Shown: piece after piece, positions 47,774 through 52,380 of the stretch
Position numbering within the stretch: position 1 is the first letter of the stretch
How the letters are laid out: every line of letters starts with the position of its first letter
Source of the DNA: Promethearchaeota archaeon
Lineage (GTDB): Archaea; Asgardarchaeota; Lokiarchaeia; Sigyniarchaeales; SOKP01
NCBI GenBank assembly: GCA_048937405.1
Contig: JBHLNF010000017.1
Location: forward strand, 1 to 52,380
Direction of reading: 5' to 3'
DNA length: 52,380 bases
Notes under the pieces: model-generated
The model's database searches: none
Told to the model about the DNA's origin: nothing
What the model saw: only the letters and a program-made list of their open reading frames with translations
Made by a program: the position numbers and the translations under genes

Positions 47774-50731
47774 TTACATAGCAACACTTTCTAATATTTG
47801 TTCATTAATATTCTTTTTGGAATTTCGATATCGTTCTTCAATGATATCTAAAAATGCACCAACTCTGGTTTCAAATCCCGCATGAGCAGTATGGGAATCT
47901 ATTTCAAGATAACAAAATACTTGTCCTTCTAGTTGCTGTCGAAAATGATGATACATAGTACCATCAGGCCCACAAGAAAAACATGATACAAAACAAATGT
48001 ATAAATCAGGATTTTTTTTTACATGCTCAACCGCATTTTCAATCTCTTGAGTAAGGCTCCATACATTCCGAGAATGTGATGTTTCCTTATTTAATAATGG
48101 TAATAAATCAGAAGGAATTGCATTATAACCTCTACTAACAATTTTACGGGGAAGTGCTATATTCACGTCAGGAGGATAAACAACATAAGGTCTACCTGCT
48201 ATAATTACTGACGGTTTTTTTAATAAATCTTTTAATTTATTTTTCCCATACTCATTATATTTTTCTTTAAACTTTTTATAATGAGATAATGCATCTTTTC
48301 CGGCATTTATACCCATTTCCTTTTCTAATCCTAATAAACAAGCAATCCTTCCAAATTCTTGTAACGTTGTTTCGATAAGATCTTCCGAAATCCCAATATG
48401 AGGTGATAATATCTTTTCACTTTCATTTTCAAAAGCCGCTCGGATAATGTCAGGGATAGTTGTTGTGGAAGGGCAAGTATAACCATGAATATATCTTGAT
48501 GGGATTTCCAATTCAACTACATAAGGTAAGAAAATAAAATCTACATTTCGATTAATTAGATCATTTACTGCTCCATGAACTAGTTCACCAGGATAACAAA
48601 TAGGTGCTATTGTCTTGGTATTACCTAATTTTGAAGGGTTTGATAACATTACATTGTATCCAAGCTCATTGATGAATTTGGTATATAATGGGAAAAGTAT
48701 ATGAGATGTTAAAGCCATAGGTATTCCAATCGTTCCTCGAGCATTCTTTAAAGTTATAGCACCAAATTCTTCAAACATCATCTTATTTCTTACTTCTATG
48801 ATATCCTGACCTTCCTCTATTTCTGTACCTTTTTGGCGCAATAATTTATACTTAGAGCATAAACCACCAAAAGGATAAACTTTTCCTCTAATTAAGATCC
48901 TTTCAATTTCGCAATTATTTTCACACGCCTTACATCTAAACGTATCTTTAATTTGTATTTCTCCTTTTATTAAGTTTTTAAGATTGTATTCTCTTTCAGA
49001 TATAATATTATTTTCCAGAAGATCTTTTGTCATAAGAGCTGTACCTACTGCACCCATAAGTTCAGGATGAGCTGGGACTATAACCTTTCGTTGTGAGCGA
49101 GCTGCTATAGCTAATGCGACTGATCTATTAAGAGCAACACCTCCAAGGAAAAGAAGATTCTCTCCTATATGACGTGGACCTACTATCCGCGAAATATAAT
49201 TATCCGCAATTGAATAAACTAAGCCTGCAACAACATCTTCAATCTTGGCTCCTTGCTGAAGGGCATTTCTCAAATCAGTATTAATAAAAGCCGCACATCG
49301 TTCTCCAAACGCAATTGGATGAGTACTCTTTATCGCAATATCACTTATATCCTCTACCTTTATACCCATATCAACTGATGCAGATTCTTCAAGAAAACTT
49401 CCTGTTCCCGCAGAACATCCCTCGTTCATCGCATAGTCAATTGGAACTCCTTTAAGAAATGAGATGAATTTTGAATCTTGACCTCCAATTTCAAATACAG
49501 TGTTAACATTTGGAATTTCTTCAGTGGCAGCTCTAGCGTGCGTTAAAATTTCATTAAAACTACGACAATTATCTAAATAAACAGAAACCATCTCTCTGGC
49601 AGACCCACTTACCCCACATTGAATTAATTTGATAGATTTATTACCTACTTGTTTTATAAGGCTATCAATACATTGTTTAGTTGCTAAAATGGGATTTCCT
49701 AACGTTCTTAAATAAACACTTGCATCTACTGAACAAGTTGATGTGTTAAACAATACAGCTTTGGTTGTGGTAGAACCAGCATCTATTCCAAGAATATATT
49801 TAACTCTCTCTTTTACTCTCCTCTCATTATCTATATTAACCCGATAATCTAAAAGAGACTTGGATTGTGAAAGGGGCTCATGAGTCTGAAATTCAAATTT
49901 TAAAGGTTTAAGCCAATCCTTAGTACTATTGGAAGTTTTTTCTAATTCAGAAGCAAATATAGAGGCACCAAATGCTTCTAGGTAGGGACTTTCAGGTAAT
50001 ACTTTGATATCAGAATTGGGTAAAAATCTAGATAAATTTTCAATGAAAACTTTATTTTGAGTTACTCCACCTGAAACCAGTACTAACTTTGTAGGCCATT
50101 GAGCGGTTTGTATCATTTCACTAACTTTTCTTGCTAGATCGTTTATTAACGTTTTAGCAATATCTTTAGGTTCACATTCACCCTTGTTAAGTTTATGAGT
50201 AGCATCTGATTTACAATGAACAGAGCATCTAGTCGCTAACTGAGTAAACTCACCCTCTTTACTAATTTTAATTCCTTCTTCTATGGATAATCCCATTCTT
50301 TGAAGTTGCTGTACTATGAATTCACCAGTACCCGCAGCACACTTTGAAGTAGAGATAATATTTTTTATTATTCCATTTTTTATTGGATAAACACTAAAAG
50401 TCTCTCCACCAAGAGATAATACAATATCCGGTTGTAAATTGTAAAATGAGAGTACTTTTTCTAAGCATTCTATCTCTGAAATATATGGAAAATTAAGAAA
50501 ACTCCCTGTAGCTTGTCCCGTTATAACAATTTTTGAATTTTCATCAACATTATATTTTTTAAATATCTCTAATATCTTCTTTTTAGGATACCCTTCATGA
50601 CGTATTACCTCACTCGCTATTACGCCATTGGTACTTTTACGAACCCACTTTACAGAGACTGCTCCAATTTCTAAACCTTCAAAATATTGAAGTTCCCTAT
50701 TAGTTGCTCTAGCAAGACTCCTATCTGGCAT
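47774..50731 (-). CDS. PlsA/Ger-like fusion: two ASKHA [4Fe-4S] activator domains plus a DUF2229 reductase domain
   Basis: Domain 1: GLEIGAVSVK, KCAAGTGEF, RCSVHC. Domain 2: GIDAGSTTTK, EIGGQDSK, GCSAGTGSF, RCAAF. Linker CKACENNC..GGLC. Then CYPGE..HG, CP, FSCGPD, EIDSHTA.AG..TR..AF. Confidence 0.88.
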   Translation of the reverse strand: MPDRSLARATNRELQYFEGLEIGAVSVKWVRKSTNGVIASEVIRHEGYPKKKILEIFKKYNVDENSKIVITGQATGSFLNFPYISEIECLEKVLSFYNLQPDIVLSLGGETFSVYPIKNGIIKNIISTSKCAAGTGEFIVQQLQRMGLSIEEGIKISKEGEFTQLATRCSVHCKSDATHKLNKGECEPKDIAKTLINDLARKVSEMIQTAQWPTKLVLVSGGVTQNKVFIENLSRFLPNSDIKVLPESPYLEAFGASIFASELEKTSNSTKDWLKPLKFEFQTHEPLSQSKSLLDYRVNIDNERRVKERVKYILGIDAGSTTTKAVLFNTSTCSVDASVYLRTLGNPILATKQCIDSLIKQVGNKSIKLIQCGVSGSAREMVSVYLDNCRSFNEILTHARAATEEIPNVNTVFEIGGQDSKFISFLKGVPIDYAMNEGCSAGTGSFLEESASVDMGIKVEDISDIAIKSTHPIAFGERCAAFINTDLRNALQQGAKIEDVVAGLVYSIADNYISRIVGPRHIGENLLFLGGVALNRSVALAIAARSQRKVIVPAHPELMGAVGTALMTKDLLENNIISEREYNLKNLIKGEIQIKDTFRCKACENNCEIERILIRGKVYPFGGLCSKYKLLRQKGTEIEEGQDIIEVRNKMMFEEFGAITLKNARGTIGIPMALTSHILFPLYTKFINELGYNVMLSNPSKLGNTKTIAPICYPGELVHGAVNDLINRNVDFIFLPYVVELEIPSRYIHGYTCPSTTTIPDIIRAAFENESEKILSPHIGISEDLIETTLQEFGRIACLLGLEKEMGINAGKDALSHYKKFKEKYNEYGKNKLKDLLKKPSVIIAGRPYVVYPPDVNIALPRKIVSRGYNAIPSDLLPLLNKETSHSRNVWSLTQEIENAVEHVKKNPDLYICFVSCFSCGPDGTMYHHFRQQLEGQVFCYLEIDSHTAHAGFETRVGAFLDIIEERYRNSKKNINEQILESVAM

Positions 50732-51001
50732 TTTTTTATTTTTACTTAGATATCGATCGATTTAAATAAATACAAGAATAAGAATATAATCTAATTTAAA
50801 TATTATACCACAAAAAATATGATGACTGATATTATTCAATGAAGCTCATTAAATAATTCATTATTTTACCCTAATTAAGTAAAAAATTTTTGTTTATTGG
50901 TTATTCATTTTTAAATAAAATAAATTATTAAATAATCTATTTAATTTTAATAAAAAAAGAATACAGGACTTTTTAGTTTATTCTTAAGAATGAGAAGAAA
51001 T

Positions 51002-51015
51002 TGAACCGCGGTTCA
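51002..51015 (-). terminator. Perfect 14-bp palindrome TGAACCGCGGTTCA, putative hairpin terminator
   Basis: Lies just after the TGA at 51017 and is followed on the minus strand by the pyrimidine tract ATTTCTTCTCATTCTT. Confidence 0.5.
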
Positions 51016-51016
51016 G

Positions 51017-51327
51017 TCATAAAGTTTTTGCAGATCTTAACTTTTCTGATTCCATGGCTAATTTCTTTTTCTTTCTACGAGCCATTTCAACGAACGCCTC
51101 TATACGAGTAATCATTACCGCTTCTCCACTATGCTCTCGATAGCGTTCACGAAATCTCCCTAGATAGTTTTGAAGGGAAAACAGACGAACTCAGGGCTGT
51201 GTTTCACGCCAATCTTCACATCGTTACGATTCGTGGGATCTGGCAGAATCACCTCGGCACCCATACACTCGAAGAAAGTCTTGAACGCCGGCCGCGAATT
51301 GCCCATATTTGGAAAAGAAACTTTCAT
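51017..51327 (-). pseudogene. Internally deleted DUF2229 reductase pseudogene
   Basis: MKVSFPNMG...CFPFKTI*GDFVNAIE is fused out of frame at about 51136 to the C-terminal motif EHSGEAVMITRIEAFVEMARR...*; paralog of 38559-39749. Confidence 0.85.
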
Positions 51328-51374
51328 AACAAAATAACTTCTCAAAACTTAAAAAGAGATCCGATACCAAAAAA

Positions 51375-52380
51375 CTAATTTCTTGAAAAAAACTCGAGTG
51401 CATTCTTAACGGTGAATCCTATATCTAATTTCTTTGATGGATTCAGCATTGTTAAAACCATTGACATTGGTTTTTCAATACTAGACACCAAATATTCAAA
51501 ATTGGATTTCGGCTTAAAATATATATTTTTTATTTCATCCGGAACCACATACTTGATATCTCTAAACAAGGGATTAGTTTTCTTGTTGCCAACCATTAAA
51601 TCATGAAATGATTCGACTCTTGTTCTAAGTCCTTCAAAACCCGAGCTTCCATCAAGACTAATATGAATTTGGGGCATGTAAAACTTGTCCATATTTTTCT
51701 CAGCTTCTAACATTCCCATGAGGGATATTTCAGGCATGCAAGTAAATGGGAATATATGGACAAAACCATCAAAACCTTTTTCTTGAGACTCAAGATAACT
51801 TCCCATATTCCACACAGCCTCCCCCCCAATATCCATTGGAATATACTTTCTTGCAACACGTTCAAGTCGTCTTCTTCGTTTGCTGGCGTTAAGTTTGTAC
51901 ATGACCCAATCAAAGACATCATACTGCTTGTGAACCTCGATACCCATGACGCCTAATTCTCCCATCAGATCATAATTAACCCATTTCTCCAACATGACTT
52001 GGATTTCTCCAGTATAACAAACCCTCAAAGGTTCCATTTCCTTGTCAATAGGAATCTTGCGAAAATTTTCATCTATCGTTCTATCAAAATTAGATAATTT
52101 CATCAAATTATTTTCGCTATCAAGTAAATTCATCAAAGTATGAACTACTTTGGTAGTCATTGCTTTGTTTTTTTCTCGACATCTAACAAGTCCTTCAATA
52201 TGGCTTATTCTTTCAACATAGTATGCTTTAACCAAGAACAAGAGTGTGTTTCTTAAAATTTTATAATCATCAAATTTTCTTCCTGTTCTTTTTTCTAAAT
52301 CATGAAATACCCTTAGCCATTCAAGATTTCGAAAATCATCTTGACGCAGATAAAACATTCTAACATCCTTGAATCCCATA
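51375..52380 (-). CDS. DUF2229 / PlsR-like reductase subunit, 5' end outside the window
   Basis: TGEIQV, DIGGEAVW..GS, GFVHIFPFTCMPE, LDGSSGFEGLRTRVESF; colinear with 38559-39749. Confidence 0.85.
   Translation of the reverse strand, partial: MGFKDVRMFYLRQDDFRNLEWLRVFHDLEKRTGRKFDDYKILRNTLLFLVKAYYVERISHIEGLVRCREKNKAMTTKVVHTLMNLLDSENNLMKLSNFDRTIDENFRKIPIDKEMEPLRVCYTGEIQVMLEKWVNYDLMGELGVMGIEVHKQYDVFDWVMYKLNASKRRRRLERVARKYIPMDIGGEAVWNMGSYLESQEKGFDGFVHIFPFTCMPEISLMGMLEAEKNMDKFYMPQIHISLDGSSGFEGLRTRVESFHDLMVGNKKTNPLFRDIKYVVPDEIKNIYFKPKSNFEYLVSSIEKPMSMVLTMLNPSKKLDIGFTVKNALEFFSRN

Noticed and set aside
37521-50731. Benzoyl-CoA reductase or canonical HgdAB amino-acid fermentation operon
   Set aside because: No BcrB/C- or HgdA/B-type subunits, CoA transferases or ring-cleavage genes are adjacent, and the partners are DUF2229-type. 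Not fully excluded without a phylogeny.
51160-51162. In-frame TAG as a pyrrolysine or readthrough codon
   Set aside because: It aligns to a Leu in the paralog, and the gene is destroyed by a deletion/frameshift eight codons later; simple pseudogenisation explains it.

Overview
AT-rich, gene-dense chromosomal window that looks like an Asgard archaeon, most likely Lokiarchaeia. The assignment rests on a single-domain gelsolin, roadblock-like and small-GTPase-like proteins, Loki-type Zn-binding domains, NosD/beta-helix surface proteins, oligo-T terminators and GGTGA-type ribosome-binding sites. Housekeeping genes include a UvrD/PcrA helicase, Nth, Trm11-like, Taw2, TrmO, Sir2, PepD, a rhomboid protease, PfpI and an acyl-CoA ligase. 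The most striking feature is three loci (36.6-39.7 kb, 46.4-50.7 kb, 51.0-52.4 kb) encoding ATP-dependent [4Fe-4S] activator/DUF2229 reductase proteins. One has the two-gene architecture of the bacterial plasmalogen/ether-lipid enzymes PlsA-PlsR/Ger. Another sits in an apparent operon with a catalytically degenerate PlsC-fold protein. Together these suggest ester-to-ether glycerolipid chemistry in an Asgard archaeon (inference). Other signals: four genes that appear to start at ATT/ATA codons behind SD-like motifs, an 80-bp perfect repeat shared by two surface-protein genes, phased GGATA repeats upstream of an unannotated ribbon-helix-helix gene, candidate eukaryote-signature proteins (mu-homology-like, IFT52/GIFT-RHH fusion, C2 domain, pseudo-GTPase), several pseudogenes and a candidate structured RNA. 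No rRNA, tRNA, CRISPR array or transposase was recognised. All family calls come from motif recognition by eye; no database search was run.
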